Counted from the first letter of the stretch, positions 31,073 through 40,877 are shown. The stretch is DNA of 64,000 bases from Terriglobia bacterium (GCA_963695545.1 OY968796.1:3936001-4000000); one strand, 5' to 3'. Numbers and translations are program-made. Notes: a model not told the origin generated them from the sequence alone.

Positions 31073-33256
31073 TCAGCGTCCCCCGCCGGTAGTCTGCGGC
31101 GCGCTGTGCGCGGCTACGTGTGTGGGCGCCGGAGCGCGCCCGAAAGAAATATTGATTCGGCTGCCGCGTCGCACGCTCGCGCCCGCAGCGGGCGATTGCG
31201 CAATCGCGACACCGCCTCCCGCGAGCACGGGCACAAGCCCGAGACGCTCACATTGCTCCGTCGCATCCCGTACGGTCTCGCCCGCAAGATTTGGCACTTG
31301 CACGCTCGCGTCCTCGTCAAGTTCGACAGTCTCGGGCACAGCGCTCGGCGACGCATCGGCAGCGGCGGGCAGGCGCGCAGCGACGGGCGTCGGCGCGGGA
31401 GCGAACGCGGGCGCGCTTGGCGCAGACGGCGCGGCGCTCGCATTCGCGTCACTATCCGACGCAGCCGGTGCGTCGAGCATTTCGCCGGTGTCGTTATCGG
31501 AATTGAAATCGGCCGCGTCGGCCATCATGCCGAGGTCCGCGCGGCGATTTTGTTCCCGCGCGATTTGCGTCTTCGAGTCCATGGGCACGTCGTGCGGCAC
31601 GTTGAGATATTCAAGCACTTGCTGTGCCACACGGTGAAACGCGGGTGCGGCCACCTGTCCGCCTTCGTGCAGGCCGACCGGCGAATCGAGCGTGACAAGC
31701 ACGGTGATGGCCGGCGTATTGAGCGGCGCAAATCCAACGAACGACGCGTTGTACTGCGTCTTCGAGTACCGGCCGGTCGCGGGATCGAATTTTTGCGCCG
31801 TTCCGGTTTTTCCGCCCGCACTGTAGCCATCGAGATGCGCGAATTCGCCCGTGCCGTGCAGCACCACGCCTTCGAGCATGCCGCGCATTGTCGCCGCTGT
31901 GGTCGCCTGCATCACGCGGCGCGGCGCTGGCTGCGGCTCAGAAGCGATGGCCTCTGTGCCAGTGCGCAAACCGGCCACGATGTGCGGGCGAACGATCATG
32001 CCGCCGTTCGCGATGGCGGACATCACGGTGAGAATCTGAATCGGCGTCACGCCGACTTCCTGCCCCATTGAAATTGAGCCGACCGAAATCGGCGTCCAGT
32101 TTTCGAGCCGCCGCATCAATCCCTTGCTCTCGCCCGGCAGATCCACGCCCGTCGGCTGTCCGAACCCGTACGACTGCATATATTGATAAAGTTTCGGCGC
32201 GCCCAGGCGCAGACCGATTTTGATCGTGCCGACGTCGCTTGAATGCGCAAGGATGTCCGCGACGCTCAGAACGCCGAAGGGATGCCAATCGTGAATCTTG
32301 TGTCCGGCGATATCAATCGAGCCTTCCTGGCAATCGACGACGTCGGTTGGCTTCACGAGGCCCTGATCGATCGCGGCCGAAAGCGTCACAATTTTGAAAA
32401 TCGAGCCCGGTTCGTACGCCGCGCTAATCGCGCGATCGATGCGCGAATCCGGCGGGCTGGTGCCCGCAGCGTTCGGATTGAACGTCGGCCAGTTGGCAAT
32501 CGCGAGCAGTTCGCCGTTATTCGGATCCTCGACGACCACCGAGCCCGCGATCGCGTGCGTCTCGCGAATCGCGGTTTCGAGTTCGCGCTCGGCGATGTAT
32601 TGAATGTTCTGATCAACCGTCAGCACCACGTTGCCAACAACCGCGGGAGGCTGATCGCTGCTATCCATCGCGTGGCGATGCGCATCGGCCAGCACGAGCA
32701 TGCGGCTGCCCTGACTGCTGATGCGATCGTCGAGCGCGTATTCGATCCCGCCCAGTCCCTTCTGATCGACATCGACGTAACCAAGCACACTCGCGGCCAA
32801 TTCGCGTTTGGGATAAAAGCGCTGATCTTCTTTCTCGAAATAAATGCCCTTCAAGTTCAGCGCATCGATGCGCGCCACGATGTCCGGCGAAAGTTTGCGC
32901 GCCAAACGCGCGTAAGTGCGCGAAGATGCAAGCCGCGTTTCAATTTCATCGGGTGACAAATTAAGCGGCCCCGAAAGAAGCTGCGCGACCATCGACGGAT
33001 CGGGGATCTCCGATGGCACCGCGAAACACGTGTCCGCCGGAACGCTCATCGCCAGCGGCCGAAGATTGCGATCCAAAATATCGCCGCGGCTCGGGCTCAC
33101 TTCGACAATCAGACGTTGTTGGTGCTGCGCGCGGGAAAGATAATCGCTGTAGCAGAATAATTGCAGGTAGCCGAGTCGCCCCAGGGCCGCTCCCATCCAG
33201 AGCGCCGCCAGGACGGTGATTAGCAGAATCCGTCCGCGGGGTTGTCGGAAGTCCAT
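31073..33256 (-). CDS. ftsI: Class B PBP FtsI with C-terminal PASTA domain
   Basis: RGDILDRN, RFYP, EPGSIFK, SSD, GKTGTAQK, VPNLAG (PASTA). Confidence 0.95.
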   Translation of the reverse strand: MDFRQPRGRILLITVLAALWMGAALGRLGYLQLFCYSDYLSRAQHQQRLIVEVSPSRGDILDRNLRPLAMSVPADTCFAVPSEIPDPSMVAQLLSGPLNLSPDEIETRLASSRTYARLARKLSPDIVARIDALNLKGIYFEKEDQRFYPKRELAASVLGYVDVDQKGLGGIEYALDDRISSQGSRMLVLADAHRHAMDSSDQPPAVVGNVVLTVDQNIQYIAERELETAIRETHAIAGSVVVEDPNNGELLAIANWPTFNPNAAGTSPPDSRIDRAISAAYEPGSIFKIVTLSAAIDQGLVKPTDVVDCQEGSIDIAGHKIHDWHPFGVLSVADILAHSSDVGTIKIGLRLGAPKLYQYMQSYGFGQPTGVDLPGESKGLMRRLENWTPISVGSISMGQEVGVTPIQILTVMSAIANGGMIVRPHIVAGLRTGTEAIASEPQPAPRRVMQATTAATMRGMLEGVVLHGTGEFAHLDGYSAGGKTGTAQKFDPATGRYSKTQYNASFVGFAPLNTPAITVLVTLDSPVGLHEGGQVAAPAFHRVAQQVLEYLNVPHDVPMDSKTQIAREQNRRADLGMMADAADFNSDNDTGEMLDAPAASDSDANASAAPSAPSAPAFAPAPTPVAARLPAAADASPSAVPETVELDEDASVQVPNLAGETVRDATEQCERLGLVPVLAGGGVAIAQSPAAGASVRRGSRINISFGRAPAPTHVAAHSAPQTTGGGR

Positions 33257-33331
33257 TTAGCCAATGCGCTCCGCGCAGACCGGTTAAGTGCCGCGCTGAG
33301 CGCGGGCCGAATCCTATGCCCAGAACTCCGA

Positions 33332-33724
33332 TTACTGCGTGGCCACGGCGCTGACCAGCCGGGCCTGCGCCAGCACGGCGTCGCTCGCCGGCGCCTGATC
33401 GGGCGCGATCTGAGAGGAAGCTGGCGCCGTCAAGCCCAGTTGATTGCGCGCGATTTGGTCGATGCGGCCCGGATCGCGGAGGCTCGCCGCTTCCAGTTTC
33501 AATTCCTGGTTGAGCTCGATGGCTTGCGCGCGATCTATCTTGAGCGATTCCAGATTCGAGCGCATTTGTATGCACTCGAAGTGCTGCCAGGCATAAAGCA
33601 GCGCCACCAGAGCCAGAAGCCCGCACATGCCCACCAGGCGCACGCATTCGCGCAGCCGGTCCGGCGCCTTCGGACGTACCAAACGCGAATTGTCGATTCG
33701 CTTGACGGTGTAAAATTCGGTCAT
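33332..33724 (-). CDS. ftsL: Cell division protein FtsL
   Basis: Single TM plus coiled coil ending SLRDPGRIDQIARNQLGL; lies between rsmH and ftsI. Confidence 0.88.
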   Translation of the reverse strand: MTEFYTVKRIDNSRLVRPKAPDRLRECVRLVGMCGLLALVALLYAWQHFECIQMRSNLESLKIDRAQAIELNQELKLEAASLRDPGRIDQIARNQLGLTAPASSQIAPDQAPASDAVLAQARLVSAVATQ

Positions 33725-34665
33725 GACGCGCGCTCCAGTTCCATTTTTTCTCCGCCGATTTTTTCCGTGCCGATTTTTTGCGATGCGATTTTTTCCACCA
33801 CGCGCATTTTCGCGCTGCGCGCCCGCGGATTCGCCGCGACTTCGATGTCCGACGCCACCATGGGTTTTTTCGTGAGTATGCGGAAAGCCGCTTCGCGCGC
33901 CAGTTGCTGGAAGCGCTGCTTCACTTGCCGGTCCTCCAGCGAGTGATACGCCAGCACCACCCAGCGTCCTCCCAAAGAAAGCGTGGCAGGGGTCCGAGTT
34001 AGAAACTGCTCGAGTTCCTCCATCTCCCGATTCACCGCTATCCGCAGCGCCAGAAACGTTTTTGTCGCGGGATGCAGTTTCTGCCTTCCCCCTTGCTTTC
34101 GGGCCCCTGCCACAACCGTTGCCAGGTGCGCGGTGTCCCGGATGGGACGCGCGCGTACGATCGCCCTGGCGATTCTTCGTGAATCCCGCTCTTCGCCGTA
34201 TTGATAGAGCAGGTTTGCCAGCTCGCGCTCTTGCGAGCGGTTCACAATTTCGTGTGCGGTCAACGCTTCGACGCTTGCGTCCATGCGCATGTCGAGCGGT
34301 CCGCTGGCGCGGAAGGAAAATCCGCGCTCGGCTTCGTCAAGTTGCATGCTGGAAACGCCCAGGTCGGCAAGAACGCCATCCACCGCCGGCAATCCCAGGT
34401 TCTCGGTCACTTCCCCGATCCTTGAGAATTCTGCATGCACCAGCGTCACCTGCCCTTCGTAGGCTTTCAGGCGCTCACCTGCAATTTCGAGCGCTTGAGC
34501 GTCCCGGTCCAAGCCAATCAAACGACCCCGGCCGCCCATTTGCCGCAAAATCTCAAGCGCATGCCCACCCAGGCCCACCGTCGTGTCTACGTACGTTCCG
34601 CCGGGCCGAATTGCCAGCCAGTGGACGGCCTCTTCGGCCAGCACCGGCGTGTGCAGCGCATTCAA
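33721..34665 (-). CDS. rsmH: 16S rRNA m4C1402 methyltransferase
   Basis: HTPVL, DTTVGLGGH, DLGVSSMQLD, RGFSF, HSLEDR, NPRARSAK. Confidence 0.98.
   Translation of the reverse strand: MNALHTPVLAEEAVHWLAIRPGGTYVDTTVGLGGHALEILRQMGGRGRLIGLDRDAQALEIAGERLKAYEGQVTLVHAEFSRIGEVTENLGLPAVDGVLADLGVSSMQLDEAERGFSFRASGPLDMRMDASVEALTAHEIVNRSQERELANLLYQYGEERDSRRIARAIVRARPIRDTAHLATVVAGARKQGGRQKLHPATKTFLALRIAVNREMEELEQFLTRTPATLSLGGRWVVLAYHSLEDRQVKQRFQQLAREAAFRILTKKPMVASDIEVAANPRARSAKMRVVEKIASQKIGTEKIGGEKMELERAS
33736..33795 (-). repeat. Four imperfect 15-bp tandem repeats in the rsmH 3' end
   Basis: GAAAAAATCGCATCG CAAAAAATCGGCACG GAAAAAATCGGCGGA GAAAAAATGGAACTG. Confidence 0.8.
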
Positions 34666-34668
34666 AAT

Positions 34669-35106
34669 TTAAATTCCCAGCTGATCCAGCGTCTTCTCGT
34701 CGTCGTCTGTGATCGGGTTCTTGCTCAAGCTCTCAAGGAACCGCGCGTGGTTCCAAACGTCGAGGTAGGTGAGATTGCCCAACACGTCCACCTCGCCCTT
34801 CATTTGCGCGGTCTCTCGCAGCACGCCCGGTATCAGCACTCGTCCCTGCCGGTCCATTTCCACCACCTGACCGAAATAATTCGCGCGGGTCAGGAATCTG
34901 ATCTTGGTCCGGTTGTGCGTCGAAAGTCCGGCCAGCTTCGCTTCGATCTCGTTCCAGACCTTCATCGGATAAATCCGCACGTAGTCCCCGTTTTCACTGG
35001 TGACGAAGTACCGCTCGCCGTGCTCCTTCAGGGTTTCCAAAAAAGCGGACGGAATCTTCAGCCTGCCCTTTTCGTCCACTTTTGCCGGATAGTTTCCCCG
35101 AAGCAT
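34669..35106 (-). CDS. mraZ: Transcriptional regulator MraZ
   Basis: Two DxxGR motifs (VDEKGRLKIP, MDRQGRVLIP); first gene of the dcw cluster. Confidence 0.97.
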   Translation of the reverse strand: MLRGNYPAKVDEKGRLKIPSAFLETLKEHGERYFVTSENGDYVRIYPMKVWNEIEAKLAGLSTHNRTKIRFLTRANYFGQVVEMDRQGRVLIPGVLRETAQMKGEVDVLGNLTYLDVWNHARFLESLSKNPITDDDEKTLDQLGI

Positions 35107-35145
35107 GTAACCCCACAGATTGACTGAGAATCGTGTTCAATCTTG

Positions 35146-35190
35146 CCACTTTGTTTCACTAGCTCCCACTTGCACCCACTTTGTGCCCCG
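35146..35190 (-). promoter_or_regulatory. MraZ operator: AGTG(G) boxes with 10-bp period
   Basis: Plus-strand CACT at 35147, 35157, 35167 and 35177, with a degenerate fifth box at 35186-35190; lies between the promoter and mraZ. Confidence 0.85.
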
Positions 35191-35218
35191 ATTGTAGATA
35201 GAAGTGAAAAGTTGTCAA
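35191..35218 (-). promoter_or_regulatory. Sigma70-type promoter of the dcw operon
   Basis: TTGACA (35218-35213), 16-nt spacer, TACAAT (35196-35191). Confidence 0.85.
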
Positions 35219-35480
35219 GCGGAATCAACGGTTATTTACAACATTGTGGAAATCTTTTTGGGCGATGAGGTACTGGCGTCGAACACCACCACCGATTGTG
35301 TCTGTGCGACGCAAGCGATCAAGCGGTAGAGATACGATTGCGGAGCCGAAAAAATATCGTGCCGAAGTGAAACAGACTTAAGCGCGAAATTGTTGCGATC
35401 TGCCTTGAATCAACGCGCCGGCGTTCCACGTTAGCGGATATACAGCCATTTTCAGCGCCACGTTGCTTTCGCGGAATTCC

Positions 35481-36038
35481 TTACGAATCGTAGCCCGGGC
35501 CGCGACGAAATCCGCATTCTTTCCACAACTTCTCCCAACTCCACATCCCGGACGTCACCGCCATCGACAACGGAAATCCGAGCTGATGCGCGAGCATGCA
35601 CACCTGCCCGCGATGGTGGGCTTCGTGAGAGAGCATGTAGCACAGCATTTCCGGGCCAACTGGCCAAGGCCGTCCCCAGCCGTCTCTGCGAAACTTCTGC
35701 ACGCGCCCTCCGCCTCCGAGCGCTTCGGCGAGCATCTCGCCGCAGCGCGCGGCGCTCTGGGCCAATCCCGCGCGCGCCTGCCGCGGCGTGCAGTGCGTGC
35801 GGTCGAGCTGTCGTGGGATTTTCAGGTGCGGAGCCGTAAGCCTCATCCACTTCGTGCGCACGTTGTGCATGTGCGTAAAGATCGCCGCGATGCTGCGGAC
35901 TTTGCCGGGCGGTTTCGCTCTCCACACGGCAGGATCAAGATGTTCGATAAGAATCTGGTTGATGCGATCGTTGGCGGCAAAGATCTGGACTGCGGCTCGG
36001 CCGAATTGAGTGTCAACTTTGTTTTGACGCGTGGTCAC
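35481..36038 (-). CDS. DinB family protein
   Basis: RSIAAIFTHMHNVR and YMLSHEAHHRGQV; AAGGAG upstream of GTG 36038. Confidence 0.88.
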   Translation of the reverse strand: MTTRQNKVDTQFGRAAVQIFAANDRINQILIEHLDPAVWRAKPPGKVRSIAAIFTHMHNVRTKWMRLTAPHLKIPRQLDRTHCTPRQARAGLAQSAARCGEMLAEALGGGGRVQKFRRDGWGRPWPVGPEMLCYMLSHEAHHRGQVCMLAHQLGFPLSMAVTSGMWSWEKLWKECGFRRGPGYDS

Positions 36039-36233
36039 GGCTAGCTGCTCCTTGACCCAATGATACTCCCGGGGTGTCGGCCGTCCGGAAGTAATCCACG
36101 TCATCGCTCATTCGCCACGCAGTAGCGTTCCCGCCGATCATGCAAATTTCCAGCGGACGTATCGGGCGTTTGGATCTTAAAGGGGGATGCTTCTCCGCTT
36201 CGATCTGAATCGTCGGAAAATATCAGCCGCAGA

Positions 36234-36893
36234 CTATTGCGGAGGCGCTTCGATCGTGCCTGCGACGCGCAGGTGCGCCAGATCGCGAAGCATGCGTTGC
36301 TCGTCCGGGCTCAGTCCCTGATTGAATGCCGGATCGTTCAAGCGCGCTTCGCGGTCGGCGTCGCTCAGATTATTGAGCGCGCGCAGGTGCTGCAGGATCA
36401 CGACCTTTCGTTGCGGCGGCAGCAGCGCCCATCGCGGCTGGAGCACGTTGCGCACGTAGCTTTGCTGGTCGGGCGTGAGCCGCTCCCAAACCTGTTCGCG
36501 CTCGCGAATTTCCTGTTGCTGCTGCGGCGAGAGGTTGTTCCACATTTGAAGGCGTTGGCGAATCTGCGCCTGCTGCCCGGGCGGCAGCGAATTGAATCGT
36601 TCATTGTTGCGCATGAATCGCTCTTGCTGCTGCGGCGTCATGTCCTGCAGCCGCTCCACCCACTTCGGCGGCAAGCCCATCATGCGCCGCTCGCCCCCGC
36701 TGCCCGGACCGTTGGGTTGATTTTTCGGCAGGTTCTGCGCGCGCGGCGGCTTCGCGTTCGGTTCTTCGGCGCGCTGCTGGCGATAGGCGGCGAGTTCGTC
36801 AGCGCGCGATTGCGCATTCGCTCGCGCAGCGAACGCCAGGCCGCTCGCAAGCACGAGCGCCACAAGCACCGGGATGGGGCGATGCCAATTCAT
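36234..36893 (-). CDS. Exported DUF3106-like helical repeat protein
   Basis: Signal peptide; repeats FNSLPPGQQ, WNNLSPQQQ, WERLTPDQQ, WALLPPQRK. Confidence 0.82.
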   Translation of the reverse strand: MNWHRPIPVLVALVLASGLAFAARANAQSRADELAAYRQQRAEEPNAKPPRAQNLPKNQPNGPGSGGERRMMGLPPKWVERLQDMTPQQQERFMRNNERFNSLPPGQQAQIRQRLQMWNNLSPQQQQEIREREQVWERLTPDQQSYVRNVLQPRWALLPPQRKVVILQHLRALNNLSDADREARLNDPAFNQGLSPDEQRMLRDLAHLRVAGTIEAPPQ

Positions 36894-36942
36894 ACCGCAG
36901 ACTTTTCCTTTCGACTCCTACTCGTTCGGCGCGTACCGATCC

Positions 36943-37440
36943 TCACATATGTGACGCAGGCTGCGCCGCCGGCGTGGCCGGCAGGTCACTGAGCGCGTCG
37001 AAATTCGCCAGCACATCGTAATTCTCTAGCTCCGGCAAATCGTTGATCATCCGGAAATCGGACTCGCTCGAAGCTTGCGTCGCCGCCGTCGTCGCCGCCA
37101 CAGGCACCGGCGCAACCTGCGTCGGCCTGGACGCGAACCACACGGAGAGCACAAGCAAACAGGAAAGCGCGAATGCCAGTCGCGGCGATGGCACGAGCCA
37201 TCTCCACGCGCTGCCAGCCGGTTCGGCCGCCACGCGCGCGCGCACCGCGGCGTCGAATGACGCGGACGGCTCAATCGGCGGCAGCTCGTCGAGCACGCCC
37301 CACATCGCGCGATACTCCGCGGCGCGCTGCGCGCAGGCCGCGCAAGTCTCGATGTGCGCTTCCATATCGCGCCGCTCGGCCGCACTAGCCGCGCCGTCAA
37401 AATAAGCAATCCATTTCGTTTCGAGCTTCTCGCAGTTCAT
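36943..37440 (-). CDS. Zinc-finger (zf-HC2/ZAS) transmembrane anti-sigma factor
   Basis: MNC...HIETCAAC (HxxxCxxC), one TM; directly after the ECF sigma gene. Confidence 0.9.
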   Translation of the reverse strand: MNCEKLETKWIAYFDGAASAAERRDMEAHIETCAACAQRAAEYRAMWGVLDELPPIEPSASFDAAVRARVAAEPAGSAWRWLVPSPRLAFALSCLLVLSVWFASRPTQVAPVPVAATTAATQASSESDFRMINDLPELENYDVLANFDALSDLPATPAAQPASHM

Positions 37441-37526
37441 TTCGACCTCATTTCTATGACCCACTTCTGTGACTCATTTCCAGTGATCCGCGTTTCCGTC
37501 AATCCTCAATGCCCTTCAACGCCACT

Positions 37527-38120
37527 TCACGGCCTCGGCTGCCCGGCCAGCGGCGCGAGTTCCACGCGCAGCGTTTCATACGCGCGAAACAGCAGCGATT
37601 TCAGCGCCGCTTCCGAGCATTCCAGGATTCGCGCGATCTCATCGTAATCGAGCTCCTGATATTTGTGCAAAAGCACCGCCGCGCGCTGCTTATCCGGCAA
37701 CTGTCCGATGGCGCGCTGAATAAATGCGGCTCGATCGCGCGCGATCAATTCCTGCTCCGCGCCCGGCCGCCGGTCGGCCACTTCCCAACTGGGCGCTTGA
37801 TCGTCGCCAATTTCCATCGGCTGGTCCATCGAGATTTCCATTTGGCGGTGCCGGCCGTCGCGGATGGCGTTCAGCGCCAGATTTGAAGCGATCCGAAACA
37901 TCCAGGTGGTGAACTTCGCGTTCGGCGTATACGTGTTACGCGCGCGATAGACGCGCAGGAAAACTTCCTGCGCCAGCTCTTCGGCCACTCCACGGTCGCG
38001 CACCATGCGCGCCAGAAAATTGACGAGCGGGCAGCGATATTTGCGGAGCAAAAGCTCGAAGGACACCTCGTCCCCGGTGGCTTTTACGTCCAGCATCAAT
38101 TGGACGTCCGACCTTGCCAT
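37527..38120 (-). CDS. ECF sigma-70 factor
   Basis: AEELAQEVFLRVY, FTTWMFRIASN, region 4 LPDKQRAAVLL...YDEIARIL...KSLLFRA. Confidence 0.95.
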   Translation of the reverse strand: MARSDVQLMLDVKATGDEVSFELLLRKYRCPLVNFLARMVRDRGVAEELAQEVFLRVYRARNTYTPNAKFTTWMFRIASNLALNAIRDGRHRQMEISMDQPMEIGDDQAPSWEVADRRPGAEQELIARDRAAFIQRAIGQLPDKQRAAVLLHKYQELDYDEIARILECSEAALKSLLFRAYETLRVELAPLAGQPRP

Positions 38121-38326
38121 GGCCTCCACAGTGTATCGAACCCGTGTGGAGTCAAAAAGTTGCGGGCGATTCAGGGGTTCCAGAGGGCCTAATAACTTAT
38201 GGGATGCCGCTGGTTCGGGAGGAGGTCGGCGCATCGAGTCCCAAATCGGGAAAGTGCCAAATTTACGACTAAGCCTAACAATTACGGACACTTACAGCGG
38301 AGAGTAAAATCGAGCGCCACTCGCGC

Positions 38327-39403
38327 CTATCCGCTATGCCGGAAAAGAATCGTGTCGCCCTCTTGGACGACATACTCCTTACCTTCAAGGCGAACCTGGC
38401 CCTTTTCGCGAGCCTGCGCCCATCCGCCGGCTGCGATCAATTCGTCCCAGCGCACCACTTCGGCGCGAATAAAGCCGCGCTCGATGTCGCTGTGGATCTC
38501 GCCGGCGGCCTTCTGCGCGGTGGCGCCGCGGCGAATGGTCCACGCGCGCACCTCTGGCTCGCCGGCCGTGAAAAATGAAATCAGGCCGAGCAATCGATAC
38601 GTAGCTTCGATCAAGCGATCGAGGCCCGATTGTTTCAAACCATACGCGGCGAGAAGTTCCGCGGCCTCGGCGCCTTCAAGCTGCGCAAGTTCCGCTTCGA
38701 TTCGCCCACAGATCGGAACCAGCACTGTTCCCGGGCGTCCCGCCAATTGTGAAGCCCCGCGCCGCGCGACCGCGGCATCGAGATCGGCCACTTCATCGTC
38801 GCCCAAATTCAAAACGTAAAGCATCGGCCGCTGCGAGAGAAACATGAAACCACTCATCAGCTTTCGTTCTTCGGCCGAAAATTCCAGTTCACGCAGCGGC
38901 TTCTCCGCCTGAATCGCCGCGCGGCAACGTTCTAAAAGTACCTGCTCCCGCTCGAGCAGCGGATCCTTTTTTTTCTTCAGGTCTTTTTCCACGCGTTCCG
39001 CTCGGCGCTCGATCTGCTCGAGGTCGGCGAGCATGAGTTCAAGATCGAGACTGATTGCGTCACGCAGCGGATCGACGGAGCCGGAAGCGTGCGCCACGCT
39101 CGGATCGTCGAAAGCGCGCAACACGTGCGCCAGCGCATCCACTTCGCGCAGCGGCGCCACCACAGCCGAATCCCGCGCGCGATCCTTCTGCAGTCCGCCC
39201 ACGTCCACGTACTCAACCGTGGCGTAGGTGATTTTCTTCGGCTGAAAAAGCGCCGCGAGCTGCGCCAGTCGCGGCTCGGGCACGCGCGCAATGCCCACGT
39301 GTGTCGCGCCGCGCGCGGCCTTCTCGTCGATCTGCGCGTGCGTTAGGATCTGAAATAGCGTGGTCTTTCCGACCTGCGGCAGTCCGATGATTCCTGTTTG
39401 CAT
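38327..39403 (-). CDS. ychF: Obg-family ATPase YchF
   Basis: GIIGLPQVGKTT, DVGGL, FFTAGEPEVRAW, GFIRAEV, EGKEYVVQEGD. Confidence 0.96.
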   Translation of the reverse strand: MQTGIIGLPQVGKTTLFQILTHAQIDEKAARGATHVGIARVPEPRLAQLAALFQPKKITYATVEYVDVGGLQKDRARDSAVVAPLREVDALAHVLRAFDDPSVAHASGSVDPLRDAISLDLELMLADLEQIERRAERVEKDLKKKKDPLLEREQVLLERCRAAIQAEKPLRELEFSAEERKLMSGFMFLSQRPMLYVLNLGDDEVADLDAAVARRGASQLAGRPGTVLVPICGRIEAELAQLEGAEAAELLAAYGLKQSGLDRLIEATYRLLGLISFFTAGEPEVRAWTIRRGATAQKAAGEIHSDIERGFIRAEVVRWDELIAAGGWAQAREKGQVRLEGKEYVVQEGDTILFRHSG

Positions 39404-39477
39404 GAGCGAGTGATACTAGCATACGCTGCTTCGGCGAGTCGCAAGCAGCCACGCGGCGATTCGCTGGAGTCGCGCGC

Positions 39478-40209
39478 ATGCCCATCGAACCCCACGTCCT
39501 GCACACTCATCGCGAAGCCATAGCTCACCTGAAGCGCGTCGATCCGCGCCTGGCGCGCGCGATCGATCGCATCGTCGAAATCATCGGCCCGTTCGATATG
39601 AAAATGGCCGGCCACCCCGGTCCCTACGAAGCTCTGCTGCGCTCGATTTTTTATCAGCAGTTGAACGGCAGGGCCGCGGCCACAATCCTCGGGCGCTTCA
39701 AAGACCGCTTCGGCAGCGGCGATTTCCCCGCCCCCGCGAAAGTCCTCGCGGCATCGACGCGCCAACTTCGCTCCGTAGGCTTGTCGCGCCAAAAAATCGC
39801 CGCTGTGCGCGATCTCGCGCGCAAGACACTCGATGGAACCGTCCCGCCGCAAGCTGAGATCGAGCTTCTATCGAACGAAGAAATCATCGAGCGCTTGACC
39901 GCCGTGCGCGGAGTCGGCGTCTGGACCGTCGAGATGCTGCTCATGTTCCAGTTGGGACGCCCGAACGTCCTGCCGGTTTCGGATTTCGGCGTGCGCAAAG
40001 GCTTTCAGGTCGCGTTTGGAAAAAAGAAAATGCCGACTCCGAAGGAGTTGTCAGCGCACGGAGAACGCTGGCAGCCCTATCGAACCATCGCCAGCTGGTA
40101 TCTCTGGCGCGCGTCGGAGCATTTGTCCCCGAAGAACGCCAAGCCTGCCGCGCGCGTCCCGGCACGCGCCACTAAGAAGAAATCCAAATCAAAGAAGACG
40201 AAGCGATAG
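39478..40209 (+). CDS. DNA-3-methyladenine glycosylase (AlkA-type HhH-GPD)
   Basis: IFYQQL, GLSRQK, RGVGVWTVEMLL, LPVSDFGVR, WQPYRTIASWYLW. Confidence 0.93.
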   Translation: MPIEPHVLHTHREAIAHLKRVDPRLARAIDRIVEIIGPFDMKMAGHPGPYEALLRSIFYQQLNGRAAATILGRFKDRFGSGDFPAPAKVLAASTRQLRSVGLSRQKIAAVRDLARKTLDGTVPPQAEIELLSNEEIIERLTAVRGVGVWTVEMLLMFQLGRPNVLPVSDFGVRKGFQVAFGKKKMPTPKELSAHGERWQPYRTIASWYLWRASEHLSPKNAKPAARVPARATKKKSKSKKTKR

Positions 40210-40227
40210 CGGTCGACCCAGACAATT

Positions 40228-40725
40228 TTACGCGCGGTTCTCCGCACGAACGGGCGCAGACGCGTCGCGAGCCGTGAGATAGAGCGCCGCCACGCCCGCA
40301 ACCAAGATGACCACTTCCATCCACACCGAAACGTCGTGCAGATGCTCAAACGCCACGCGGATCGGCATTTCCGGCGGCGTCGCCCACACCGAACCCATCG
40401 TCAGGCTCAGCGCTTCCATTCGCGCGACCACCATGTACTGCGAAATCGCGGTCAATATCACCATGAGCATCACGCATATCGACGCGCCCGAGCCCAACGC
40501 GCGCGCCGACTTCGCGACCAGCATCGTGGCCAGCAGATAAATCACTCCGAGCACGATTCCGGCAACGTGCAATCGCCCGATCAAGAAGGCCACGAGGTCG
40601 CCGGCCTGATCCGGATTCGCCATGGTGCGAAACGCGCCCGGTGCCACGATCGCGCTGAAATAAAGGATCGCGCCCACCCAGGTACCTAACGCGAAGAACT
40701 GCAACAAACGTAACGCTGAACGCAT
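40228..40725 (-). CDS. DUF4149/TMEM205-like 4-TM membrane protein
   Basis: GTWVGAILYFSAIVAPGAF, FEHLH; four hydrophobic segments. Confidence 0.8.
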   Translation of the reverse strand: MRSALRLLQFFALGTWVGAILYFSAIVAPGAFRTMANPDQAGDLVAFLIGRLHVAGIVLGVIYLLATMLVAKSARALGSGASICVMLMVILTAISQYMVVARMEALSLTMGSVWATPPEMPIRVAFEHLHDVSVWMEVVILVAGVAALYLTARDASAPVRAENRA

Positions 40726-40801
40726 TCAATTATCCTTTAGAATAAATGGCGGGCCAGGGCGCGGCCTCGAAAATCGAACTGCGGTAGCGCGACATTCAAA
40801 A

Positions 40802-40877
40802 TGGTGGGCGATCAAGGATTTGAACCTTGGACCTCTCCCGTGTGAGGGGAGCGCTCTAACCACTGAGCTAATCGCCC
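40802..40877 (-). tRNA. tRNA-Val (anticodon CAC)
   Basis: GGGCGATTAGCTCAGTGGTTAGAGCGCTCCCCT-CAC-ACGGGAGAGGTCCAAGGTTCAAATCCTTGATCGCCCACCA; full cloverleaf with encoded CCA. Confidence 0.98.

Noticed and set aside
38136..38185. Possible autoregulatory ECF promoter (GGAAC or GCAAC ... GGTT) upstream of the sigma gene
   Set aside because: Several alternative registers and no second instance to support a consensus.
40726..40877. tRNA-Val as an island integration site
   Set aside because: No integrase, no duplicated tRNA 3' end noticed, and no compositional shift in flanking genes.
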